From: Minisyncoccota bacterium
GTDB lineage: Bacteria > Patescibacteriota > Microgenomatia > UBA1400 > PJMF01
Length of the DNA stretch: 61,620 nucleotides
Assembly (NCBI GenBank): GCA_003173865.1
Contig: PJMF01000009.1
Span: 1 to 61,620 of the forward strand
Direction of reading: 5' to 3'
Shown here: in pieces, positions 46,469 through 57,079 of the stretch
Layout of the letters: every line of letters starts with the position of its first letter
How positions within the stretch are numbered: the stretch's first letter is position 1
Notes under the pieces: generated by a model
The model's input: the letters and a program-made list of their open reading frames with translations, nothing else
Databases searched by the model: none
Told to the model about the DNA's origin: nothing
Made by a program: the position numbers and the translations under genes

Positions 46469-47554
46469 CTAATTTTGGTCCACTTTCCATCTTGGTATTC
46501 GTTGTACGTTCTGAATATCGGCTTCGCTCGTCAAATATTTTTTCTGCTGAAAGTAAAATCCTGCAGTGACGCCAATCATAGCTGCATTATCAATGCAGAG
46601 GCGCTTTGTGTATGGAGTCAAAAGACGAAGGTTGTACGGACGAATTGTTTTACGAATTGCAGTGCGCAAAGCCATGTTTGAGGCCACGCCACCACCCAAC
46701 CAAATAGCGAAAATTTGATTTTTTGCTGGCGTGGATTTTTGATTGAGTAAAAATTTGTTCAATTTATACGTAATAGCGCGAAAAACCGAGTATTGAAATG
46801 ATGCACAGAGGTCATAAATTTCCTGTTTGGAAAGAGGGTGATCAGTTGTAATTTTTTCGGTTAAGCTTCGTGCGGCAGTTTTCAAACCAGAGAAGCTGAG
46901 ATTCGCGTTTCCACTGGTCGTCATTGGGAGAGGAAATGTATATGCATGGGGATTACCTTTACGCGCAAATTGTTCAATGATTGGTCCTGCGGGATAACCC
47001 AAATCAATCATTCGACCAAACTTGTCGAGTGCCTCACCCGCAGCATCATCGACGGTAAAACCGAGACGTTCGTACTCGCCGATTTTTTTAATTAAAATGA
47101 ATTCGGTGTGACCACCAGAAACGACAATAGCTAAAGCTGGCAGTTGAGGAAGCTGATGGGCCTGAGCGATTTTTGTTTGGGGGAGCGCGAGCGCAGAGAG
47201 CGCGTGACTTTCAACGTGATTGATAGGGATGAGTGGAAGATGCAACTCAAGGGCAAGCTGTTTTGCTTTCTCGATGCCGATTTCGAGAGCGGGGGCAAGA
47301 CCCGGACCTTGCGTGACGGCAATGGCAGCGATGTCTTTTATTTCTAGATTTGCGCGCCGCAGCGCGGCGCGCACCACCGCATCGATATGCTCGTGGTGGG
47401 CTTGCTTAGCAACAGTTGGAAACACGCCGCCAAATTGTTTATGGAGTTGCGTTTGCGACGCAACAACATTCGACAAGATAACTCTGCCGCTTGTCACCGC
47501 TGCAGAAGTATCATCACAGGAGGTGTCGATAGCGAGAATACAGCATTGCGACAT
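46469..47554 (-). CDS. tsaD: tRNA threonylcarbamoyltransferase TsaD
   Basis: ILAIDTSCDDTS, GGVFP..A...H, TQGPGL, NHVESH, VSGGHT, DDAAGEALDK, FSGLKT, GGVASN, DNAAMIG. Confidence 0.95.
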   Translation of the reverse strand: MSQCCILAIDTSCDDTSAAVTSGRVILSNVVASQTQLHKQFGGVFPTVAKQAHHEHIDAVVRAALRRANLEIKDIAAIAVTQGPGLAPALEIGIEKAKQLALELHLPLIPINHVESHALSALALPQTKIAQAHQLPQLPALAIVVSGGHTEFILIKKIGEYERLGFTVDDAAGEALDKFGRMIDLGYPAGPIIEQFARKGNPHAYTFPLPMTTSGNANLSFSGLKTAARSLTEKITTDHPLSKQEIYDLCASFQYSVFRAITYKLNKFLLNQKSTPAKNQIFAIWLGGGVASNMALRTAIRKTIRPYNLRLLTPYTKRLCIDNAAMIGVTAGFYFQQKKYLTSEADIQNVQRIPRWKVDQN

Positions 47555-47558
47555 AGGG

Positions 47559-48224
47559 CTATCTTTTCTTTGTAAGTACAGCGTTACCAAATTCTTTTGC
47601 CTGGTTTTCAAAAAAAATGCGAATTTGATTCTCTTGAATTGGTTTTAACACCAACTTTAAATCAGTTGGCTCAAAAGACACTAGTTGTGCCCCGAGTTGC
47701 AAAGGATCAATATGAGTATCAAATTTTTGTTTAGCATAAAAATAAAGTTCTTTAATGGAGAATTCTCTTTTTTGGAAAATAAAGTATAAATCGATAAAGT
47801 CTCTTGATCGATTTTTTACAGAAATAGTATGCAATTTATTAGTAGCAATATCGACAAGGCTATCAATCCGAATTTTTCCATACTGTGGTCCTTGTTCAAT
47901 TTGAGGAAATGGATAGTAGGTAAACTCTGTTTTCAATGATTGACCATCTTCAAAGTGAAGAAAAAACAAATTTCGGTTAAAAGAAGTTTGTACTTCTATA
48001 GAATCAAATTCTAATTCACTTTTGAAACCATGTAATATAAAGAGCACGTTTTCTGTATCAACTTCTTCTTCGGAAAAAAAATCTAAATCTTCAGAATCTC
48101 TATGATTGAGATAAGCGCTTGATAAAGCTGTTCCACCAGTAAAATAAAATGAAGATGCCAAGCCTGAATTAGAAATAAGATCTAAGGTTTTTTGCTGAGT
48201 TTTGGTGAGATTGTGGAGTTCCAT
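47559..48224 (-). CDS. AbiEii-like nucleotidyltransferase (type IV TA toxin)
   Basis: YFTGGTALS..YLNHRDSEDLDFF, IATNKL, RSRDFIDLY. Confidence 0.85.
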   Translation of the reverse strand: MELHNLTKTQQKTLDLISNSGLASSFYFTGGTALSSAYLNHRDSEDLDFFSEEEVDTENVLFILHGFKSELEFDSIEVQTSFNRNLFFLHFEDGQSLKTEFTYYPFPQIEQGPQYGKIRIDSLVDIATNKLHTISVKNRSRDFIDLYFIFQKREFSIKELYFYAKQKFDTHIDPLQLGAQLVSFEPTDLKLVLKPIQENQIRIFFENQAKEFGNAVLTKKR

Positions 48225-48409
48225 AATAAAAGTGAAAGAAATTTTCTACGTTTAGGATCAATTTCGATTTTATAAAAATTGCGAAGCAGCTTCGACCGCG
48301 AAATTTTCTCCCCATTAAGCCCAAAATTAATCAGCTGTTCAAGTTCCCAAACTTCGCGCTTTTCCTTCGTTGAGAACTTGGAAGGGACTGTGTGGGACCA
48401 GTTGTGCAT
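48182..48409 (-). CDS. small partner of the AbiEii-like toxin (putative antitoxin)
   Basis: 75 aa overlapping the toxin start; WELEQLINFGL.GEKI, IDPKRRKFL; own TGGTAAAAT promoter. Confidence 0.65.
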   Translation of the reverse strand: MHNWSHTVPSKFSTKEKREVWELEQLINFGLNGEKISRSKLLRNFYKIEIDPKRRKFLSLLLWNSTISPKLSKKP

Positions 48410-48436
48410 GAGTGTATTTTACCACGATTGGAGGTC

Positions 48437-49528
48437 TTATTGGGCAGCATTTACCTCGAGTTTGCGGACTCCGTTTTCTTCAGAAAAATTCACTTCTACA
48501 TACTGTGTCGGAGTTCTCTTAAGCAAATCTTTCAAAGACTCAGCCACATGATCAACCCACTCAATCACGACAACGTGATGTGCCCCGATCAGCTCCTGTA
48601 CTCTCAAGCGCTCAAACTCTGCTGCGTTTTCCACTTTCCATAAATCGAGATGAAAAAACTTCCCCGAGACTCCATGCCGCACAAAATCGTATTCTTCAAT
48701 ATAGGTATATGTGGGTGAAGTGATTGTGTCAGTGATTTTTAAAAATTCTGCAACGCCTTTACTAAAAATGGTCTTTCCCATTCCGAGTGAACCGTTCAAA
48801 CCAATCACCAAACCCCGTGACTTGACGTCATTCCAGTACTTCAACATGATTCGCTCCGCAATTGACTTTGTCTCAGCTTCGGAAGTTGACGTAAGTTGCC
48901 AGGTATTAGTTGCAGCTTCTAACACAGAGTTTCCTTGTCGAAAAATAACCGGCGTTGATAATGTGGTATCAATGACCGTCGATGGAGGATTATGCGGCAG
49001 TTCGCCAGCATCTAAAATAAGATCAATATGCAAAGATTGTTTTTCGGATAAATCATCTAAAATATCAGAAATTGCATACGGTTTTTTCCTATCAGAAATA
49101 TTCGCAGAGGTTGCAGTGATTGGACGTCCATATTGTTTCAACAAATCCAGCAAAAAAGCATAATCAGGAATCCGGACACCCAAAGTGCCAAACTCCGACT
49201 CAACTCCGGGCGCGACTACACCGCGGCTTTTGGAAATCACGGTGACTGGTCCAGGCAAAAACCGTTCATAAATCTTGCGCGCTGATTCATTCACATCAAC
49301 GTACTTTTGCGCCATCTCAATATCTGTAACCGCAATTGATAGAGGCTTACCCTCGCGGCGCGCCTTGTACGCGAGCAACTTTGCTACGCCTTGTGGATTG
49401 AGTGCGTCTACGCCGGCTCCATACGTCGTTTCAGTCGGAAATATCACCAACCCACCGGCGCTCAAGACTGTAATTGCCTGGTTGATCGCACTTTGCTGGG
49501 GCTCTTTCTTCAGATCAATAACCTTCAT
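48437..49528 (-). CDS. TsaC (YrdC/Sua5)-TsaE fusion protein
   Basis: N-terminal half: FPTETTYG, K.R...KPL, PGPVT, GVRIP, TATSAN.S, PSTVID. C-terminal half: GSLGMGKT, ITSPTYT, HLDLWKV, VIEW. Confidence 0.9.
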   Translation of the reverse strand: MKVIDLKKEPQQSAINQAITVLSAGGLVIFPTETTYGAGVDALNPQGVAKLLAYKARREGKPLSIAVTDIEMAQKYVDVNESARKIYERFLPGPVTVISKSRGVVAPGVESEFGTLGVRIPDYAFLLDLLKQYGRPITATSANISDRKKPYAISDILDDLSEKQSLHIDLILDAGELPHNPPSTVIDTTLSTPVIFRQGNSVLEAATNTWQLTSTSEAETKSIAERIMLKYWNDVKSRGLVIGLNGSLGMGKTIFSKGVAEFLKITDTITSPTYTYIEEYDFVRHGVSGKFFHLDLWKVENAAEFERLRVQELIGAHHVVVIEWVDHVAESLKDLLKRTPTQYVEVNFSEENGVRKLEVNAAQ

Positions 49529-49566
49529 ATCAGGACTTTCCTTGAGCTGTATTATATAATGGAAGG

Positions 49567-49914
49567 ATGCCAATGCTCCCACTTTCTTACTATAGCGATG
49601 AATCAAGCCATATTCCGCTCAAAGTGAGTATTTTTGCTAAGGTTCATGAAATGCGCAGTACTGTGCAGCAGCTTACTCAAATTGCTGAGTTACCGTCTCA
49701 ACAAAAAGCTGCTTGGCTTAGCGAGAACGAAGACATGTTGCAAACGTTACTCGATGTGATTACGCAGCAAGCTCCAGTGCATTTTGAAGAGCCAGATATG
49801 GATGCAGAGATGATGAAACTGTTGATGGAGTATACGCTTGTATTGCAAGATCTCATGGCAGTGGTCCAAAGTATTTTTACTGTTCAGAAAAAGAAGAAGA
49901 AGAAAACTTCCTAA
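49567..49914 (+). CDS. hypothetical protein
   Basis: 115-aa helical ORF, TATAAT 6 nt upstream, poly-K tail; precedes yidC. Confidence 0.6.
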   Translation: MPMLPLSYYSDESSHIPLKVSIFAKVHEMRSTVQQLTQIAELPSQQKAAWLSENEDMLQTLLDVITQQAPVHFEEPDMDAEMMKLLMEYTLVLQDLMAVVQSIFTVQKKKKKKTS

Positions 49915-49917
49915 ACT

Positions 49918-50772
49918 ATGTTCCTTGTAGATATTTTTATCCACTTCATCTATCAACCTTTTTTGAATATTTTGGTTTTTTTCTATTGGATCGATACGAT
50001 TATCTCCCGAGGTCATCCTGACATGGGTATTGCTGTGATTATGTTAACGGTGGTGATTCGCATTTTGCTGTTGCCGATGTCACTCGCAGAAGATAAAAGT
50101 GAAAACGAGCGTCGCGAGTTGCTCGCCAAAATGCATGAATTTGAGGTGCAGTATGCTCACGATCCAATCACACTGCGCAATGAAACCAAAAAGCTTTTTC
50201 GCCGCAATGGCAAAGTCGTAGCTGCTGAGATGTTTTCTTTTTTTGTGCAAGCAGCGATTGCATTGATGCTCTGGAAAATGTTTGATACAGGCCTCAAGGG
50301 TGACGATTTGCACTTGCTGTGGAATTTTATGCCCAAAGTAGACCTTCCTTTTAATTTGGTCTTTTTAGGCAAGTATGATCTGACAAAAACCAACTTCACT
50401 TTAAATCTAATTCAGTCATTGATGATTTTTATAGTCGAGACGGCAGCGATTCTTACATCGCCGTATCCGCCAATGAAAGGGGAAGTAGTGCGCTTGCAGC
50501 TCGTCTTGCCTATTGTTTCTTTCTTGGCGTTTATGTTGTTGCCAGCCGGAAAAAAAGTATTTGTGATTACGGCGTTAATCATCAGTTTGGTGATTATTAT
50601 TTATAAATATATCCGTCGTCTCATTCAAGATTACACAGCAAGAAATGTCGAAAAAGAACTCGCTGCCCAAAAAGAAGCCGAGGTGGCTGAGCGAGCCAAA
50701 CTCATCGAGCAGTTTCAAATGGCAAACCAAATGCTGCAACAACAAAATAAAGATGGGTCAAAGACAACTTAG
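49918..50772 (+). CDS. yidC: short YidC/Oxa1 membrane insertase
   Basis: YQPFLNIL, MGIAVIMLTVVIRILLLP, cytoplasmic hairpin, LPAG. Confidence 0.8.
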   Translation: MFLVDIFIHFIYQPFLNILVFFYWIDTIISRGHPDMGIAVIMLTVVIRILLLPMSLAEDKSENERRELLAKMHEFEVQYAHDPITLRNETKKLFRRNGKVVAAEMFSFFVQAAIALMLWKMFDTGLKGDDLHLLWNFMPKVDLPFNLVFLGKYDLTKTNFTLNLIQSLMIFIVETAAILTSPYPPMKGEVVRLQLVLPIVSFLAFMLLPAGKKVFVITALIISLVIIIYKYIRRLIQDYTARNVEKELAAQKEAEVAERAKLIEQFQMANQMLQQQNKDGSKTT

Positions 50773-51230
50773 CGCTTTTGTACAAACACAAAGACTTTTG
50801 CTCCTGAGCTTTCTTCAATCACTACGGTCTTGCCTTGAATTTTTGGACCGAATTGATTTGTATCAATACAAATAAGTCCTTGGGTGTAGTTTGTATAGTC
50901 AAAATGTTTAACAAGTGGTTGCTTATCTGGACCGAAATATACAGTGGCATTAAGACTTAAATTTCTCTGTTTACTGTTTTCATCTGTAATCGGTAATTTA
51001 TATAAAATGTCGATTGTGTTGCCGTACTTTACTTTTGGTTCAGTCACTAAAATAACGGTACCTTCAGTATTGGTTGCTTCGTGACCAATAAGTTGAAGTA
51101 ATCCATCGGGCCCTAAGTGATTAAAGACATGTGCAAGCTCATATTCTTTGCGGGTTGTTTCGTTTCGTTGCCCTTTATCTGAGCTATCCATAAGTGCTAA
51201 CATTTGTGACATTTTTTCTGTGTATGCCAT
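50769..51230 (-). CDS. hypothetical protein
   Basis: AT-rich ORF; AAGGA SD upstream of ATG 51230. Confidence 0.55.
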   Translation of the reverse strand: MAYTEKMSQMLALMDSSDKGQRNETTRKEYELAHVFNHLGPDGLLQLIGHEATNTEGTVILVTEPKVKYGNTIDILYKLPITDENSKQRNLSLNATVYFGPDKQPLVKHFDYTNYTQGLICIDTNQFGPKIQGKTVVIEESSGAKVFVFVQKR

Positions 51231-51316
51231 ACAGCGTTTCCTTTTTAATACTTGATAGAAAATTTTCACTCCGTTCTTTGAGCGAATCTCCTTTCTACAA
51301 GAGTGAGGAAAGCCAT

Positions 51317-51340
51317 AAAAAACCTCTTAGGGAAAGAGGT
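51317..51340 (-). terminator. rho-independent terminator
   Basis: Minus strand ACCTCTT-TCCCT-AAGAGGT-TTTTT. Confidence 0.6.
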
Positions 51341-51546
51341 GTGTCTTTTTTATTTTCCTCTGCGTTGAACAGAAGAAATCGAATCTTTCCCCGAAGGGTT
51401 GGATGGAGCACCGTATTTTCTGAGCGAAAATCGGTTGCTGGATAGATCAACGAGCCAAAACTCTCCCTATCACTCTTGATTGTGTATTCACTTGTTAATG
51501 TTAAGGCAATTGTAACTTGAAATGGGGAGAAAGGAAGGAGGAGAAG

Positions 51547-52476
51547 TTATTTTGCAGCCAGCGCTGCTTCAAGAGGTGATATTTCTTGTACTAGATTCGC
51601 AATTGTGTGGTATAAAAAATCAACAATATAAAGATCACTTAATAGTGACTCCAATTGTCCATTATCTGTCCAAAATTCTAGTTTTTGCATCAAATTAAAG
51701 AGTCTTTTTTGAGGACTGACAGTAGATTTATAATCAAAAATGTTTGCAAAAGTTTTGTCATCTTTGTCCGTATAAGGTAAATCCTGATCAGGAGTTGAAA
51801 CACTAGAGGTATTCTTTAGGTTTAAGTCATAAATGTGGCTATGAAGCAAATCTAATAATTCAATAATTGATGTTATGCTCTCGATTCCATCTGAAGGATT
51901 ACTGAAAATAGCAGAGAGTTGAGCTATTAATTCTTTAATTTCTCCCTCAATTTGTGCGTTGGGTGATTGTGGTTGTTCTAAAAGTTTCTTAACACAGATT
52001 CGTAAGTTATCGTTTATTTCAAGAAACATTTGAATAAATGCTGGATGTCCAAAAACGGGATCTTTTCCTAATACACCACGATGAATGAGAGCCACAAGTA
52101 TACGGGCTCTATCCATAAATTCTTTGACGAGTTCATCTGGAGGAATGTAAGATTCTTGAGCGCCAGTAGTTTTTCGTAATTGAGAACAAAGCTCTTCATC
52201 TCCGCTTGCAGCTCCCCTTATGTTCAATTTAAATATGTATGCTTCAGCAAAAGAATTTTGTAAACAATTCATGAGCTCTATCAGCTGATACCTGGAACCT
52301 TCAACAGATTTGTATAGAGCAACGTCCCGAGACATTTGTAATTCTCTTGCTAAGAGACATAAGACATTTCGGAAAACTTGATTCGGATTATCGGTCTCAA
52401 CCAGAAAATTGATCTGATTTTGATCTAAACCATTGTGCCTCGAGGTGAATTTACTTTCTACTGCATTTCCTATCAT
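51547..52476 (-). CDS. hypothetical protein (AT-rich, no recognised motif)
   Basis: 309-aa ORF, helical. Confidence 0.6.
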   Translation of the reverse strand: MIGNAVESKFTSRHNGLDQNQINFLVETDNPNQVFRNVLCLLARELQMSRDVALYKSVEGSRYQLIELMNCLQNSFAEAYIFKLNIRGAASGDEELCSQLRKTTGAQESYIPPDELVKEFMDRARILVALIHRGVLGKDPVFGHPAFIQMFLEINDNLRICVKKLLEQPQSPNAQIEGEIKELIAQLSAIFSNPSDGIESITSIIELLDLLHSHIYDLNLKNTSSVSTPDQDLPYTDKDDKTFANIFDYKSTVSPQKRLFNLMQKLEFWTDNGQLESLLSDLYIVDFLYHTIANLVQEISPLEAALAAK

Positions 52477-52508
52477 AAATAATAACTTTCTTTACGTTAA
52501 TCTGGGTG

Positions 52509-52922
52509 TTAAACAAGATCAAATTTTTCAAATCTTTCTAGATTTTCGATCAGAGTACAATACAAAAGTTGAACGACAGGATCAGGTCCATTTTCAGAAT
52601 CTGCACTTTGTTCTAAAAATTCCTCGGTTGTATCTTCAGTAACAAGTCCGTCATCTAAGAGTTCATTGGGTGTGTAAGCACTCTGCATTTCGAGAACTCC
52701 AACAATGGGTACTAATTTTATAACACGACCCTCTCCAATCATTTGAAGAGCTATCCCTGAATGATTCCTCAGTTCTTTAACTGCTTTAACAATTGCAGCT
52801 GTTATAAATTTCTGACTGCCTTTTTTTCCGAAAGATTCTGGATTAGATATAACAGTTTGAGTATTTTCATTGAGTTCTTCTACAATCTGTGCTGGTGTTC
52901 TCAGTTCTGCTGGGTTTATCAT
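52509..52922 (-). CDS. hypothetical protein
   Basis: 137-aa ORF with strong SD GAGGAGG. Confidence 0.65.
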   Translation of the reverse strand: MINPAELRTPAQIVEELNENTQTVISNPESFGKKGSQKFITAAIVKAVKELRNHSGIALQMIGEGRVIKLVPIVGVLEMQSAYTPNELLDDGLVTEDTTEEFLEQSADSENGPDPVVQLLYCTLIENLERFEKFDLV

Positions 52923-53062
52923 ACCAGCCTCCTCTTTTTTTCATTTTTAATAAAAAGCCACGAAAACTTTCAGCTATTTTAACAGACGATCGCAACTTGT
53001 AAACTGAAGTTTGAGTTTTTGCTCATTCCACACTTCCGGCCGTGACAGTATATAATAGACGC

Positions 53063-53710
53063 ATGGAATTTGACCGTTTAGTGGTGTCGTTCATGGTTGA
53101 TGAGGTGGTGGGGGGATTTTTTATCTCCGTCCCGCCTGGTCATGTTGCTTGCGTCTACGACCGTGGTCGGGGTGTTTTGCCGCGCGTCTGGGGACCTGGT
53201 CTGCACTTGAAGATTCCTTTTTGGCAAGTTGCCAAGCTTTTCAATGCTCAAATTCTGGAGTACTCAATTCGCCGTGACTTTGATTTTTCTGCGAACAAAG
53301 AGGCACTTGGTGACCAACCGGTCATTACTAATACCAATGATGGAAGAGATATTTCGATTGAAGGATCAATTCTTTTTAGAATCGACCGTCATAATGCGCC
53401 TGAACTCTGGGAAAATTTAGGTGAAAACGTCGTCTCAAAAGTAGTCCGACCTTTTTCGCGCAGTCGCATTGCCTCTGCTTTTGCCGAGTTAACTCTCGAC
53501 CAAATTAAACAAAATCGTACTCAAATCGAACAAATTATTCGTGAAGATCTCAACGAGCACTTCAAGAATCGTGGTCTCAACTGCGAAGGCTTTTTGCTTT
53601 CGGAAGTGAAACTTCTGCACCCCAAGGGCAAAGAAGAGACAATCCTCAAGGAAGATGTGGCGATGATTAGTCAGGCTGCTCCGCATGTGGTTGTAAGGCC
53701 TGAGGAGTAA
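53063..53710 (+). CDS. SPFH/band 7 (prohibitin-like) protein
   Basis: VPPGHVACVYDRGRGV, GPGLHLKIPFWQ, TNDGRDISIEGSILFRID, VVRPFSRS.I. Confidence 0.85.
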   Translation: MEFDRLVVSFMVDEVVGGFFISVPPGHVACVYDRGRGVLPRVWGPGLHLKIPFWQVAKLFNAQILEYSIRRDFDFSANKEALGDQPVITNTNDGRDISIEGSILFRIDRHNAPELWENLGENVVSKVVRPFSRSRIASAFAELTLDQIKQNRTQIEQIIREDLNEHFKNRGLNCEGFLLSEVKLLHPKGKEETILKEDVAMISQAAPHVVVRPEE

Positions 53711-53716
53711 GTACGT

Positions 53717-54241
53717 ATGTTTAATCAAGAGCGTAGTGTTCAAAGGCACGATACACACCCAATTACTCAAGATGCTTATGTGGCGGAAACATTCCCTAAG
53801 CTTCGTGAGCTTATAAATCAAAGACTGCACCTCATGGAGCAGGATGTCGTACAAGAAAAAGCTGACATAGTTAAAAGAGTAAGTCAGAGATCCGGTTTGG
53901 GTGGAATTTTCTCTCAAGTAAAGGAGCTTCTCGAAAATCGTAATAAACCACCTCAAGGACCTAAATTACAACGAGCTCTACAAAATGCGTGTGCGCAGAT
54001 ATTTAGTGAATGGAGAAAAAGATATTTTCCTGATGTCAAAGCAATTCAAGTTACTGACGACTACTACCTTTTAAAAAATGGAGCACTGTGCAATCGAGAA
54101 ACTCTCGAAGATTTCAATTTTGCAAAGACAGGAGAGGTGATAACTTTAGCATACATACTTGCTGGACAGGCACGTACTCAAGATCTCTTAAATAGAGCTG
54201 CAAGAAATGCTGCTCAAAAACCGTTTAATATATCCAAATAA
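53717..54241 (+). CDS. hypothetical protein
   Basis: 174-aa ORF with GAGGAG SD. Confidence 0.6.
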   Translation: MFNQERSVQRHDTHPITQDAYVAETFPKLRELINQRLHLMEQDVVQEKADIVKRVSQRSGLGGIFSQVKELLENRNKPPQGPKLQRALQNACAQIFSEWRKRYFPDVKAIQVTDDYYLLKNGALCNRETLEDFNFAKTGEVITLAYILAGQARTQDLLNRAARNAAQKPFNISK

Positions 54242-54255
54242 CTTCAACACCCCCG

Positions 54256-54293
54256 TTGACAGAAATTTAGCAGTTGCATATACTAGCTGCTAG
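54256..54293 (+). promoter_or_regulatory. groESL sigma70 promoter overlapped by a variant CIRCE operator
   Basis: TTGACA(54256)-17 nt-TATACT(54279); TTAGCAGTT-N9-AGCTGCTAG at 54267-54293. Confidence 0.75.
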
Positions 54294-54371
54294 TTGCAGG
54301 TGCTGCTCAGCCTCGACTGAATTATCAAAAAAACTTGATTAAACAAGTAAAAAAACTTTAGAGGAGGTCTC

Positions 54372-54677
54372 ATGAAGGGAACTTTAAGTGTCTCTCAACT
54401 ACAACCGTTAGCAGGCTATGTGCTTGTTGAGCCTGCTAAAACTCAAAAGCAAACTGCTTCGGGGATTATTTTGCCAGATTCTCATGACGAAAAGCCACAG
54501 CATGGAACAGTCTTGGCTGTAGGTGGTGCAGTATATGTAGATGGGAAAGAGATTATGGCACCAGTCAAAAAAGGCGACCAAGTGATCTACAAAAAATGGG
54601 GTGGAAATGATTTTAAAATTGGGGATGTGGAGTATCAATTTTTAAAGTTTGAAGACATATTAGCAGTTATTAAGTAA
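54372..54677 (+). CDS. groES: co-chaperonin GroES
   Basis: LQPLAGYVLV, TASGIILPDS..EKPQ.GTVLAVG, VKKGDQV, EDILAV. Confidence 0.96.
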   Translation: MKGTLSVSQLQPLAGYVLVEPAKTQKQTASGIILPDSHDEKPQHGTVLAVGGAVYVDGKEIMAPVKKGDQVIYKKWGGNDFKIGDVEYQFLKFEDILAVIK

Positions 54678-54714
54678 CAGAGTCAGAAACACAGTTACCA
54701 CTTTGTAACTCTGA

Positions 54715-56379
<1,665 letters not shown>

Positions 56380-56384
56380 TCTAC

Positions 56385-56476
56385 GAAGGTAGACTCACTT
56401 CGAAAAGACGAGATCGCACCGAAGTCTTCGAAGATACTCACACAGCGCTCAAGTCTTTTCTCAGTGAGCTACCTTC
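56385..56476. repeat. structured intergenic repeat, copy 3 (3' of groEL)
   Basis: Stems GAAGGTAG/CTACCTTC, CTCACT/AGTGAG, GAAAAGAC/GTCTTTTC; core AGACGAGATCGCAC...AGATACTCACACAGCGCTCAAGTC. Confidence 0.85.
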
Positions 56477-56493
56477 TTATTAAGAAGTTAATG

Positions 56494-56526
56494 AAAAACT
56501 CCTCCGCGAAAGTGGGGGAGTTTTTT
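56494..56526 (+). terminator. rho-independent terminator of groESL
   Basis: AAAAACTCCTCCGC-GAAA-GTGGGGGAGTTTTTT. Confidence 0.85.
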
Positions 56527-56544
56527 AATGTTAAAATAAAAAAG

Positions 56545-57045
56545 ATGAAAACGACTGACAATCAACAAGAAATGTTTATTGTGGTTGATGAGAATGACAT
56601 GGTACTTGGATATAAAACGCGTTACGAATGCCATCACGACAAGACGCTTATTCATCGTTCGGCAGGTTTGGTGATCTTCAATGATCGCGGAGAAATTTTA
56701 TTACAAAAAAGAAGTCTTACCAAAGATACATATCCTGGTTTCTACACGCTTTCCGCCAGTGGGCATGTGAATAAGGGAGAAACTCCCGCAGAAGCAATCA
56801 CCAGGGAAGCAATCGAAGAAATTGGAGCTCACATTCAACCGGAATTCAAAATGAAGTTTTTATATGAAGATCCCAGAGAGACAGAAATAGATTATTTGTT
56901 TACTACTCAGCACGACGGCCCCTTTCTGCCCAATCCTTTAGAAGTGGAGGAAGTTGCGTTTTTTTCGCTTGAAGAAGTAAAGCAAATGAAAGACGTGCTT
57001 ACTCCTGGAGCATTGTTTTCTCTAGAAAAATTGTCTTTACTATAA
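56545..57045 (+). CDS. NUDIX hydrolase, IDI type 1/YfcD-like
   Basis: VVDEND, IHRS, LLQKRS..KD.YPG, GHVNKGE....AITREAIEEIG. Confidence 0.85.
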   Translation: MKTTDNQQEMFIVVDENDMVLGYKTRYECHHDKTLIHRSAGLVIFNDRGEILLQKRSLTKDTYPGFYTLSASGHVNKGETPAEAITREAIEEIGAHIQPEFKMKFLYEDPRETEIDYLFTTQHDGPFLPNPLEVEEVAFFSLEEVKQMKDVLTPGALFSLEKLSLL

Positions 57046-57079
57046 ATTCTTTTCCCCACTTGTCTATTTTAAGTAACTT

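Noticed and set aside
52960-53020. AGACGATCGCA inside a weak inverted repeat, as a possible fourth copy
   Set aside because: The ATACTCACRCAGC half is missing and pairing is poor.
56405-56455. Hammerhead ribozyme reading of the repeat's minus strand (CTGTGTGAG...CGAAG)
   Set aside because: It does not match the CUGANGA/GAAA core, and the GAAA equivalent is not conserved among copies.
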